A stretch of DNA of 64,000 bases, from the IMG/VR virus record IMGVR_UViG_3300029288_000109, positions 39,321-103,320 of that record; one strand, 5' to 3'. The position numbers and the translations under genes are program-made. Shown one piece after another: positions 41,724 to 48,866 of the stretch. The first letter of the stretch is position 1; every line of letters begins with the position of its first letter. The notes beneath the pieces are model-generated. The model searched no databases. It had not been told where the DNA came from and worked only from the letters and a program-made list of their open reading frames with translations. The DNA comes from a virus. Taxonomy: Duplodnaviria; Caudoviricetes.

Positions 41724-42682
41724 TTTGAAACTTTTTTGGATATCTCATTATATATTTTCTTGTTTTTAGACAGAAAAGAAAATGTGTTGTTAGCGCCTTG
41801 TCCCATGTTTTCATCATTATATTTATACCACGCACCAGCCCGTTCAATAATTTTATACCCTACGGCCAAATCAAAAACGTCAGCCATTGCTGATACACCA
41901 AATGATGAATAAATACTTATTTCACCTTTTCTGAATGGCGGTGCAACAGAATTCTTAACTGTTTTAATCTCAACCCTGCTGCCTATAATACGCTTATCAG
42001 AACCCTCAATAGAGCCGATCCGATGAAGTTTAAGTCTTGTCGCCGCCAAATGTTTTAATGCGTGACCACCAGGAGTATCAACACCAGTGCGCCCACTATA
42101 AAGATTCATCTTATCACGAACCTGATTAATAGCAAGGACGGTAACATCATTGCGAAGACCTTCCGTAACCAATGTTTTTATATTGCAACTTAATAGCCGC
42201 GCAAGCTCACTTACGTTTGAATCGCCAACCTCTTTTTCTCGTTCACGTTTTGTATGCAATGCGGCAACCGAATCAAGGACTATAAGGTCAGTTCCACCAA
42301 CCTCTGCAAACTTCTTCCATATATCAATAGCCGCTTCACCAGACGGAGGCTGGGCCACATGAACACGAGACAAGTCAACGCCGCAACTCTCCATGTATTT
42401 AACATCCAGTTTTCCCTCAACATCAATATATAAAACAAACCCTTCGTTTTCTAACACGGACTTTATACACGTAAAACTAATAGTTGTTTTGCCAGCGCCC
42501 TCTTCCCCAAAAATCTCAGTAATCATTCCACGTGGAAAACCGCCACCCAAAACATAATCAAGCGACGGAATACCAGTTTTAATTACTGTTCTAACAACCT
42601 TGTCAGCACTTTGAAATATCTTTTGTTTATATTGTTTTTCAATGTCAGCAACCGCTAAATCAAACGCTTCTTGCCTATTCAT
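41708..42682 (-). CDS. recA: recombinase RecA
   Basis: GEEGAGKTT, LDSVAAL, INQVR, TPGGHALK, KNSVAPPFR, GAWY. Confidence 0.95.
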   Translation of the reverse strand: MNRQEAFDLAVADIEKQYKQKIFQSADKVVRTVIKTGIPSLDYVLGGGFPRGMITEIFGEEGAGKTTISFTCIKSVLENEGFVLYIDVEGKLDVKYMESCGVDLSRVHVAQPPSGEAAIDIWKKFAEVGGTDLIVLDSVAALHTKREREKEVGDSNVSELARLLSCNIKTLVTEGLRNDVTVLAINQVRDKMNLYSGRTGVDTPGGHALKHLAATRLKLHRIGSIEGSDKRIIGSRVEIKTVKNSVAPPFRKGEISIYSSFGVSAMADVFDLAVGYKIIERAGAWYKYNDENMGQGANNTFSFLSKNKKIYNEISKKVSKCLEE

Positions 42683-43037
42683 TTTTTGTCCCCTTTATAG
42701 ACGAAAGAATAAGTTCATGTATATCTTTTTGTAAATTATCAGATTTAAAATCAGATGGGATTCTTAACAACGATGCGTTCTTGTCCTCAACATAAAGCTC
42801 TTTTGAGTTATCACGATGAACCTGACGAGCAAAATCTTTTCTATCGTTATGGAAAAATGGCACAAAGGTTTCGTGCTGCTTACCGTCTATTTCAACATAG
42901 ACGTTCAGCGGCAGAATAAAAAAATCAAAATATAGCTTGGCCCCTTCGTGCTTGGTATAAACCTCGCACTTCACGTTCTGCGGACCAAACATTTCAATAA
43001 GTATGTCCTTTACCTTGCATTGCAATATACTTTTCAT
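42675..43037 (-). CDS. DUF559/Vsr-like PD-(D/E)XK endonuclease
   Basis: FDFFI...VEIDGKQH...RD..K...LLRI; start re-set to ATG 43037 just after tRNA-Ala. Confidence 0.75.
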   Translation of the reverse strand: MKSILQCKVKDILIEMFGPQNVKCEVYTKHEGAKLYFDFFILPLNVYVEIDGKQHETFVPFFHNDRKDFARQVHRDNSKELYVEDKNASLLRIPSDFKSDNLQKDIHELILSSIKGTKNE

Positions 43038-43039
43038 AG

Positions 43040-43110
43040 TGGAGCTAACAGGATTTGGACCCGTGCTATCGCCGTGCAAGGGCGAGGTTCTCCCATTAAA
43101 CTATAGCCCC
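43040..43110 (-). tRNA. tRNA-Ala(UGC)
   Basis: cloverleaf, TCGCC-CTTGCAC-GGCGA, G3:U70; T-loop TCCAAAT. Confidence 0.9.
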
Positions 43111-43159
43111 AATAACCCTGCTGAATGCGCGAGGCAAGCCCAGTAGGGGGTAGATAACA

Positions 43160-43561
43160 CTATTCTTCTACATGATTTTTGCCATCTACAAAAACAGGAG
43201 TTTTGAACTCGGTAAAAATCTCTGTTATAAATATCCCATCGAACACAAACTTATAATTATATTCTCCGTATTTAACACGAGCACCATACATACACGCAAA
43301 CTCGTCACTCAAAACAAAGCAATCTGTCTCATAGTTATAATAGCCATTAAACCTATAGCCACCTAGCCCACGATCCAGCCTATCCTGAAAATCACGAAAA
43401 CAATTATCAAAACCATCAAAATCAACCACGTCTGACGAAGTAAAAATAATATCCCTGCTGCGCAAATCAAAAACTTCAATTAAGATTACCAAAACACTCT
43501 CCTCTTTCATATATATGCTACTTTTTACTACGTATCCAATACCCCTGTGGCGGGGATTCAA
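43160..43561 (-). CDS. hypothetical protein (likely start ~43510)
   Basis: ORF between HNH and tRNA-Ala. Confidence 0.5.
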   Translation of the reverse strand: MNPRHRGIGYVVKSSIYMKEESVLVILIEVFDLRSRDIIFTSSDVVDFDGFDNCFRDFQDRLDRGLGGYRFNGYYNYETDCFVLSDEFACMYGARVKYGEYNYKFVFDGIFITEIFTEFKTPVFVDGKNHVEE

Positions 43562-44057
43562 TGCCTAATCTTTTACATCTTTTTTTAATTGCTTTATCAG
43601 ATACACCATATTTTTTTGCTACTCTAGTCATCGGAGCGCTCCAAACTTCTTTGTGTAGTTCGTCAGCAGTAATATCAAATCGCTTTGATGCCGCCGTAGA
43701 ACAAGGAGGTGAACAATATGTTCTATTTACATTTTTTGTTTTAAATACTATTTTACACACAGGACAAGTGAATTCATAAATTTTAAAATCATAGTTGTTG
43801 TTTTTATGTAATCTTGCATGTTCACTTTTTGTTAAAATAATTAAATTTTCTAAATCATTGTTTTTCTTATTGCCATCAACATGATGGACTACCTCATTTT
43901 TGGTCAACCATCTTCCAAGTTTTATTGAAGCAATATGACGATGTAAATAAACTATACTACAACTATAACTTAGTGGGTGCGAACCATCATTAAAATATAA
44001 ATACCCTTCTTTTTCACTAAGTTTTTTATTTTTTATTTCGTATTCAATGGGTTCCAT
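43518..44057 (-). CDS. HNH homing endonuclease with zinc finger and C-terminal HTH
   Basis: HRH..S.KLGRWL...EVVHHVDGNKKNN..ENL; CxxC; YGVSD.AIKKRCK..GYW; start re-set to MEPIEY. Confidence 0.88.
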   Translation of the reverse strand: MEPIEYEIKNKKLSEKEGYLYFNDGSHPLSYSCSIVYLHRHIASIKLGRWLTKNEVVHHVDGNKKNNDLENLIILTKSEHARLHKNNNYDFKIYEFTCPVCKIVFKTKNVNRTYCSPPCSTAASKRFDITADELHKEVWSAPMTRVAKKYGVSDKAIKKRCKRLGIESPPQGYWIRSKK

Positions 44058-44084
44058 AATTTTTATTCTTTCTACGCCTTTATA

Positions 44085-44155
44085 TACGAATGGCCGTAAT
44101 CGAAACGACATCTTCTGGATGTAAGCCAGATGCACTACCTTTATGCTACATTCGC
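44085..44155 (-). tRNA. tRNA-Val(UAC)
   Basis: TCTGG-CTTACAT-CCAGA; acceptor GCGAATG/CATTCGT-A. Confidence 0.88.
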
Positions 44156-44160
44156 ATTTA

Positions 44161-44349
44161 CTATTGATACAACGCGCCCCTCATCAAACATCCACACCTT
44201 GGGCACTCACGGGCGCTACACGGCGTTTTCGTAGCATGGGTAATGGTAAGACCACACTCTGGACAAATACACCGTTCTGACGCCTGTACAGCTTGCGACT
44301 GTTTCAATTTTGAAACATGTGTTATTTTTGGCACACGTTCTATTTTCAT
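44161..44349 (-). CDS. small zinc-ribbon protein
   Basis: CICPECG..ITH....PC....CPRCG.LMR; ATG 2 nt after tRNA-Asn. Confidence 0.7.
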   Translation of the reverse strand: MKIERVPKITHVSKLKQSQAVQASERCICPECGLTITHATKTPCSARECPRCGCLMRGALYQ

Positions 44350-44351
44350 AG

Positions 44352-44425
44352 CTCCTAGAGGCGGACTCGAACCACCAGAAAACCGGAGCAACAATCCGGG
44401 GCCATACCAATTAGGCGATCTAGGA
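44352..44425 (-). tRNA. tRNA-Asn(GUU)
   Basis: CCGGA-TTGTTGC-TCCGG; TCCTAGA/TCTAGGA-G. Confidence 0.88.
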
Positions 44426-44444
44426 ATATGTTCAATTATAATAG

Positions 44445-44516
44445 CTGCCCTGAGAGGGGTCGAACCCCTATACCTTGGTCCAAGGCCAAGTGTCCTACCG
44501 TTTAGACGACAGGGCA
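44445..44516 (-). tRNA. tRNA-Gln(UUG)
   Basis: CTTGG-CCTTGGA-CCAAG (C33); TGCCCTG/CAGGGCA-G. Confidence 0.85.
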
Positions 44517-44524
44517 TTAAATAA

Positions 44525-44598
44525 AAGCCGTGGCTGAAATCGAATCAGACAAAGAAGCTTTTGCAGAGCTCCCCCAGAACCATCTGGGAACCACAGCC
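44525..44598 (-). tRNA. tRNA-Cys(GCA), non-canonical 8/4 fold
   Basis: GCA anticodon, U73, 8-bp acceptor, 4-bp T-stem, 6-bp D-stem. Confidence 0.8.
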
Positions 44599-44711
44599 AT
44601 CGGGCAGTTTTATATCGTGCCCAGGATAAATCCAATAAAAGGACGTGCTTGATAGGTTTTTGCCACCGGATCCTATCGTCCGGCTCAGAAGGAATCTTGC
44701 GACCTTGGCAA
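44599..44711 (-). ncRNA. candidate structured ncRNA between tRNA-Gly and tRNA-Cys
   Basis: three-way junction plus GATAGG/CCTATC pseudoknot and 3' hairpin. Confidence 0.5.
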
Positions 44712-44786
44712 AGCGAATGATGGGACTTGAACCCACAAAATCTCTTGGTTGGAAGCCAAGCGCCCTACCAATTAGGCTACATTCGC
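44712..44786 (-). tRNA. tRNA-Gly(UCC)
   Basis: CTTGG-CTTCCAA-CCAAG; U73. Confidence 0.93.
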
Positions 44787-44790
44787 ATCA

Positions 44791-44869
44791 TACCCCTGGC
44801 GAGACTCGAACTCGCAATTAATTTGCAGCATTAGAAGTGCTGTGCACTGTCCAGTTGTGCTACAGGGGC
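44791..44869 (-). tRNA. tRNA-Arg(UCU)
   Basis: CAGCA-CTTCTAA-TGCTG; A20; 10-nt variable region. Confidence 0.9.
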
Positions 44870-44874
44870 AAAAA

Positions 44875-45114
44875 TTATTCAATTAAGCTACAGGGGTATA
44901 AGTCTATAATATTACAAAACTCACTATACAACCTGTCTAAATTATTATACTTCCCCTTGTCATCAATTTTTATTTTGCCGCTGGCAACCATCTCGATCAA
45001 CTTATCATACACAACAAGCAAATGCCGTGAGCACAAACAATATACCTTATTGCTGCGCCACCCCAAATCTTTCGAGAGACCAATTCCTTCTTCTTCACAA
45101 AGATTACATTTCAT
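44875..45114 (-). CDS. small zinc-binding hypothetical protein
   Basis: CNLC...CSRH. Confidence 0.55.
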   Translation of the reverse strand: MKCNLCEEEGIGLSKDLGWRSNKVYCLCSRHLLVVYDKLIEMVASGKIKIDDKGKYNNLDRLYSEFCNIIDLYPCSLIE

Positions 45115-45787
45115 AGTGTTTACCTGTCCAGTATCCTTTGGTTGGGAAATTTATTCCAAACTTTTTACAACGCTTCTTTACGGCATTACCAGATACTCCA
45201 TATTTTTCTGCAATTTTTGTCATTGGTGTTTGCCACACCATTTCTCTTAACTCGTTTTCTGGTATATCAAACTTAAATAGCTTGTTATATATAGGTAATC
45301 TTTGTGCCATAAACTCACAAGCGCGAGAGCAACATCTATGTTTGCTATTTCTTACTAAAAATAAATTATTACATATTGCACAATTCTTTAATGTTAAACG
45401 AAGTGTTCTGTGTTTTTTAAAACCATCATTACTATTACTCTTGTTGTTCTTTACTTTGCATTCAATCGAACAATATTTACTACCCAACCACCCTAAAAAT
45501 AAACATCCACACACACAACATGTTTTTGAATAACTGCTAAAATGTTTTTTGGCGTGATTTGAATGCGTCATTAATTCAAGATTAGATAAATCATTATTGC
45601 TTCTATTTCCGTCTATGTGATGAACATTCTCATTAGTATTAATCCACCTTCCTATTTTCATAGACATCAAGTGTCTATGATATAAAACAACTCCACTAGT
45701 GTCCGAAAGAGGGTGCAACTTATCACAAAAATAACAGTATCCTCTTGGCATTTTAGAAATCTTTATATCTTTATTATACTCAATCAT
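45104..45787 (-). CDS. HNH homing endonuclease with two zinc fingers and C-terminal HTH
   Basis: HPLS...YHRH...GRWI...VHHIDGNRSNN..SNL; YGVSG.AVKKRCK..GYW. Confidence 0.9.
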   Translation of the reverse strand: MIEYNKDIKISKMPRGYCYFCDKLHPLSDTSGVVLYHRHLMSMKIGRWINTNENVHHIDGNRSNNDLSNLELMTHSNHAKKHFSSYSKTCCVCGCLFLGWLGSKYCSIECKVKNNKSNSNDGFKKHRTLRLTLKNCAICNNLFLVRNSKHRCCSRACEFMAQRLPIYNKLFKFDIPENELREMVWQTPMTKIAEKYGVSGNAVKKRCKKFGINFPTKGYWTGKHYEM

Positions 45788-45789
45788 AA

Positions 45790-45881
45790 CGGAAGGGGAG
45801 CGAGTTGAACGCTCAAGACACGGTGTTTCCGCATTCGGTAATTTTCAAGACTACTGCCGTCGCCAATCGGCTTGCCCTTCC
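45790..45881 (-). tRNA. tRNA-Ser(UGA)
   Basis: GTAGT-CTTGAAA-ATTAC, long variable arm, G73. Confidence 0.9.
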
Positions 45882-45884
45882 AAG

Positions 45885-45960
45885 CGTCTATGAGAGGACT
45901 TGAACCCCCAAAATCTTTCGGTTCGTAGCCGAATGCTCTATCCGGTTGAGCTACATAGAC
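45885..45960 (-). tRNA. tRNA-Arg(ACG)
   Basis: TTCGG-CTACGAA-CCGAA. Confidence 0.93.
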
Positions 45961-45969
45961 GCAAACTAC

Positions 45970-46128
45970 TTATTTCGGAAAATCCCTTATTGAATCACGA
46001 TCTTCTTTTGGAACGTATGTACCATGAGCAATAGAACCAACACAACCTGAAAGAACTGTATTGCTATGAATATCAAACTCGTTAAAATCAGAAAGTACAT
46101 GTTTATATTCTTTTTGCCATTTTTCCAT
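45970..46128 (-). pseudogene. truncated Pol-beta-type nucleotidyltransferase (RlaP-like) fragment
   Basis: GSIAHGTYVP....DSI, then stop before the catalytic DxD. Confidence 0.6.
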
Positions 46129-46150
46129 TGCTAATTGCGCCCCTTTTAGA

Positions 46151-46228
46151 CGAGACGACGGGGACTTGAACCCCGAAAATAAAATCACGGCTTAAAAGGC
46201 CGCTGCCTTACCATTAGGCTATCGTCTC
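46151..46228 (-). tRNA. tRNA-Lys(UUU)
   Basis: GCGGC-CTTTTAA-GCCGT; 11-nt U-rich variable region. Confidence 0.9.
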
Positions 46229-46231
46229 TTG

Positions 46232-46306
46232 TGGACCCACTCAGGCTTGAACTGAGAACCTGTTGATTATGAGTCAACTGCTCTAAACCATTTGAGCTAT
46301 GGATCC
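46232..46306 (-). tRNA. tRNA(CAU), probably Ile2 (lysidine) rather than Met
   Basis: GTTGA-CTCATAA-TCAAC; GGATCCA acceptor resembles Ile2. Confidence 0.85.
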
Positions 46307-46336
46307 GTCCCGCGTATAAAACGCAGGAATAACCAC

Positions 46337-47026
46337 TTATCTTACTGCAACACCACGCCACGTTTCAATACGCTTCTTTACAAACATTTTTAAATCAAAA
46401 TCTTTTTCTGGTTTGTAGATAACTATTAAAACATCATCATCGGTCTTAAATCGTGGATAACGAACCACGCTTCTATTTTCCCCAAAATCATCGGTAACAG
46501 CATCAACCGGAAGTCGATTTTGTTCTGAAATACGTTTATCCTTTTTTTCTGGCGAATCATAACACGAACCATAAATAACCCTGAATACATTTATTATATG
46601 CGGGTTACGCCAATCACTATTAATAACATCAAACGCATCACATAACGAAATCCCAGTATCAGAAATATGAGTAAAACTATTTTCATGGTACCACAAAATT
46701 TGCGGTCTAACAAAAAAATGGTTAAAATTATTTTGTGTTACACCACTATCGGCAGACTCATAAGAGTAGTAAACCGAGAATATATCCCCACCAAGCTCTT
46801 TTCCTCCGGTATAAAGAGCCTCCAACGGATCTACATTATTTTTTACTCGTGATGGAGTAGAGTTTATAACACTATCGTCTAACCTGCGAACAATAATATC
46901 ATCAATAAACCTATTGTCGTCCATTGCCCAATCTCTTGTTACACACGGCTGACCACAAAATTCACTTGTTAATTGCTTTAGCCCTTCAAATTCTTCCAAA
47001 AATGCTTTAAACCTTAATCTTTCCAT
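46337..47026 (-). CDS. hypothetical protein
   Basis: 229-aa ORF, SD GGAGGT. Confidence 0.7.
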   Translation of the reverse strand: MERLRFKAFLEEFEGLKQLTSEFCGQPCVTRDWAMDDNRFIDDIIVRRLDDSVINSTPSRVKNNVDPLEALYTGGKELGGDIFSVYYSYESADSGVTQNNFNHFFVRPQILWYHENSFTHISDTGISLCDAFDVINSDWRNPHIINVFRVIYGSCYDSPEKKDKRISEQNRLPVDAVTDDFGENRSVVRYPRFKTDDDVLIVIYKPEKDFDLKMFVKKRIETWRGVAVR

Positions 47027-47074
47027 TTTAATTACCTCCCGTAATTAAAAACTTTGGCATCCCGCCAACGACCA

Positions 47075-47113
47075 CTATTTCTTAGGCTTGCATTTCTTTT
47101 TTGCTTTAGGCAT
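47075..47113 (-). CDS. 12-aa basic micropeptide MPKAKKKCKPKK
   Basis: very strong SD GAGGGGGTGA; downstream hairpin plus T-run. Confidence 0.45.
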   Translation of the reverse strand: MPKAKKKCKPKK

Positions 47114-47138
47114 ATGATCACCCCCTCTATAATATTTA

Positions 47139-47204
47139 TTACTGTTTGTGTTTAGCCCAATATCCACGACCAGGTTTTTCTTTTCCACATTTTTCACACT
47201 TCAT
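47139..47204 (-). pseudogene. collapsed HNH remnant MKCEKCGKEKPGRGYWAKHKQ
   Basis: N-terminal CxxCG joined to the P..GYW tail shared by neighbouring HNHs; SD GGTGA. Confidence 0.55.
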
Positions 47205-47229
47205 GTTTTATCACCATTTATAATAATTA

Positions 47230-47304
47230 CAGGATCGGAGAGACTCGAACTCTCAAATTACTTGTTTTGGAGACAAGTGCCTTATCCATTTTGGCCACGA
47301 TCCT
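47230..47304 (-). tRNA. tRNA-Trp(CCA)
   Basis: CTTGT-CTCCAAA-ACAAG; AGG start, G73. Confidence 0.93.
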
Positions 47305-47308
47305 AAAC

Positions 47309-47392
47309 TGCCCAAGGTGAGATTTGAACTCACATGGCATTTCTGCCAACGGATTTTAAGTCCGCACGGTATCCCAGTTCCACCACTTGGGC
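47309..47392 (-). tRNA. tRNA-Leu(UAA)
   Basis: GCGGA-CTTAAAA-TCCGT, long variable arm. Confidence 0.92.
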
Positions 47393-47420
47393 AATCGGCG
47401 GGTAGACCCCGCCTAAATAT

Positions 47421-47834
47421 TTATTCTTTTTCTTGTTCTGGAGTAGCTTCTGACTGCATTCGTGCATTATGGCCACGATGTACAAGATGAACTATCTCAT
47501 TCAAAACCGAATAAGGCGAATTACTAATAGTTTCACTCATATAAGGTTGATCACACTGTTTGGTGTCTTCAACCATTGGCAAACACGCTGCCCCACTATT
47601 ACTATGAACATGTCTACCTACGACATTGTTTATTTTATCATTTAATCGTTCCTTAATACCATCTCTATACTGACTACAAACACTCATAATTCTTTCATCA
47701 ATCGCAAGCAAAAAACCAATAGGATCATCTTGCATAATACTAACCAACCTTTGTGCAACCTCATCTCCACCCATTTTGTTGATTTCTTCACGCAATTCCG
47801 TATCAGTTTTCATTATCCTGTCCTTTCCGCGCAT
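47421..47834 (-). CDS. hypothetical protein
   Basis: 137-aa ORF, SD-like AAGGA upstream of MKTD. Confidence 0.6.
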   Translation of the reverse strand: MRGKDRIMKTDTELREEINKMGGDEVAQRLVSIMQDDPIGFLLAIDERIMSVCSQYRDGIKERLNDKINNVVGRHVHSNSGAACLPMVEDTKQCDQPYMSETISNSPYSVLNEIVHLVHRGHNARMQSEATPEQEKE

Positions 47835-47852
47835 AGCGCATAAAATGTTTCA

Positions 47853-47877
47853 AGCGAGTAACGAGGCTTGAACTCGT
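47853..47877 (-). pseudogene. tRNA 3' fragment (T-arm plus acceptor strand, Gly-like)
   Basis: ACGAG-TTCAAGC-CTCGT-TACTCGC-T; no D or anticodon arm upstream. Confidence 0.7.
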
Positions 47878-47888
47878 ATTGTTGTAAA

Positions 47889-48464
47889 CTATATATGCAT
47901 AATGTTTTCTTTTTTTAACCAATATCCTTGGTTTTTAGTCTCTATTCCTAATTTTTTACATCTTTTTTTAACCGCAACATCAGAAACCCCATATATTTTC
48001 GCTATATCTCGCAATGACATTTTATTGACAAGTAATATTAATTCTTGTATTTCTTTATCAGTATTAATTTTTAGTTTCTCATAATGCCTATGTGCACATC
48101 CTATAGAACAATGCTTCCTGTTTTTATCTCCTTCAAATATTTTACCACAAAACAAACACACAACTTGTTTTTTCTTACAAGAAGAATCCCTATTATGACT
48201 ATGTATTTTAGCATGATCTGAACACGTAACAAGCTGCAAATTCCCAATTGAGTTGTTGTCTATATCGCCATCTATATGATGAACGTGTTCGTCGCTATGT
48301 AGCCATCTCCCAAGTTTCAACGACGCCTGATGTCTATGATAATAAACAAAACCGCTTTTATAACATAATGGATGTTCCATGTCACAAAAAACTAATCGTC
48401 CATTTATACGACGTTTGCACAAATTAATCAATTTATCATAATCTTTTGGCAATAAGTATTTCAT
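47889..48464 (-). CDS. HNH homing endonuclease with zinc finger and C-terminal HTH
   Basis: HPL...YHRHQASLKLGRWL...VHHIDGDIDNN..GNL; YGVSD.AVKKRCK..GYW. Confidence 0.9.
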   Translation of the reverse strand: MKYLLPKDYDKLINLCKRRINGRLVFCDMEHPLCYKSGFVYYHRHQASLKLGRWLHSDEHVHHIDGDIDNNSIGNLQLVTCSDHAKIHSHNRDSSCKKKQVVCLFCGKIFEGDKNRKHCSIGCAHRHYEKLKINTDKEIQELILLVNKMSLRDIAKIYGVSDVAVKKRCKKLGIETKNQGYWLKKENIMHI

Positions 48465-48466
48465 AA

Positions 48467-48543
48467 TTACGGGGATCAGATTTGAACTGATGTCTCGGAT
48501 TTATGAGACCCGCACTGGAACCAGACTCCAGAATTACCCCGTA
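48467..48543 (-). tRNA. tRNA-Met(CAU), initiator-like, enlarged D-arm
   Basis: CGGGT-CTCATAA-ATCCG; TACGGGG/CCCCGTA-A; ATCAG-TTCAAAT-CTGAT. Confidence 0.8.
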
Positions 48544-48548
48544 ATAAA

Positions 48549-48866
48549 CTATATCAAACTCAGTAATCCCAAAATAACAACAGTACCAATATCATATAAC
48601 TCTCTTATAATGCCAACCCTATTATCTGTTTTAACAGCATCGGCAAACTCAGTAAATTCCTCGAACATTACTCCCAAAACCTCGTGGGGCGAAACAAGCT
48701 TTTTATAGCCTTTCTTTTTAAGAGCCTCTTTAAAATTTTTATTCATAGCGTCAAAAACCACATGCAAAAGGTCCATGTTAAGTTCTTCAGCCATTTTGCT
48801 CGAAGCCCCCTTGTGTTTCACTAATACGCTTGTTTGCTTTTTCTGCATAATCAGCCGACAACTCAA
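48549..48866 (-). CDS. MazG-like NTP pyrophosphohydrolase fold protein (likely start ~48794)
   Basis: HE..GV..EEF.EF......ELYDI. Confidence 0.55.
   Translation of the reverse strand: MSCRLIMQKKQTSVLVKHKGASSKMAEELNMDLLHVVFDAMNKNFKEALKKKGYKKLVSPHEVLGVMFEEFTEFADAVKTDNRVGIIRELYDIGTVVILGLLSLI

Noticed and set aside
44651-44711. HDV-like theta ribozyme after tRNA-Gly
   Set aside because: Position fits, but no P1-P2-P3-L3-P1'-P4-P2' order with a 3-bp P3 and J4/2 catalytic C could be built.
44780-44791. TG-ATG after tRNA-Arg(UCU) as a sixth 2-nt-spaced start
   Set aside because: The ATG includes G1 of tRNA-Gly and encodes only three codons; likely coincidence.
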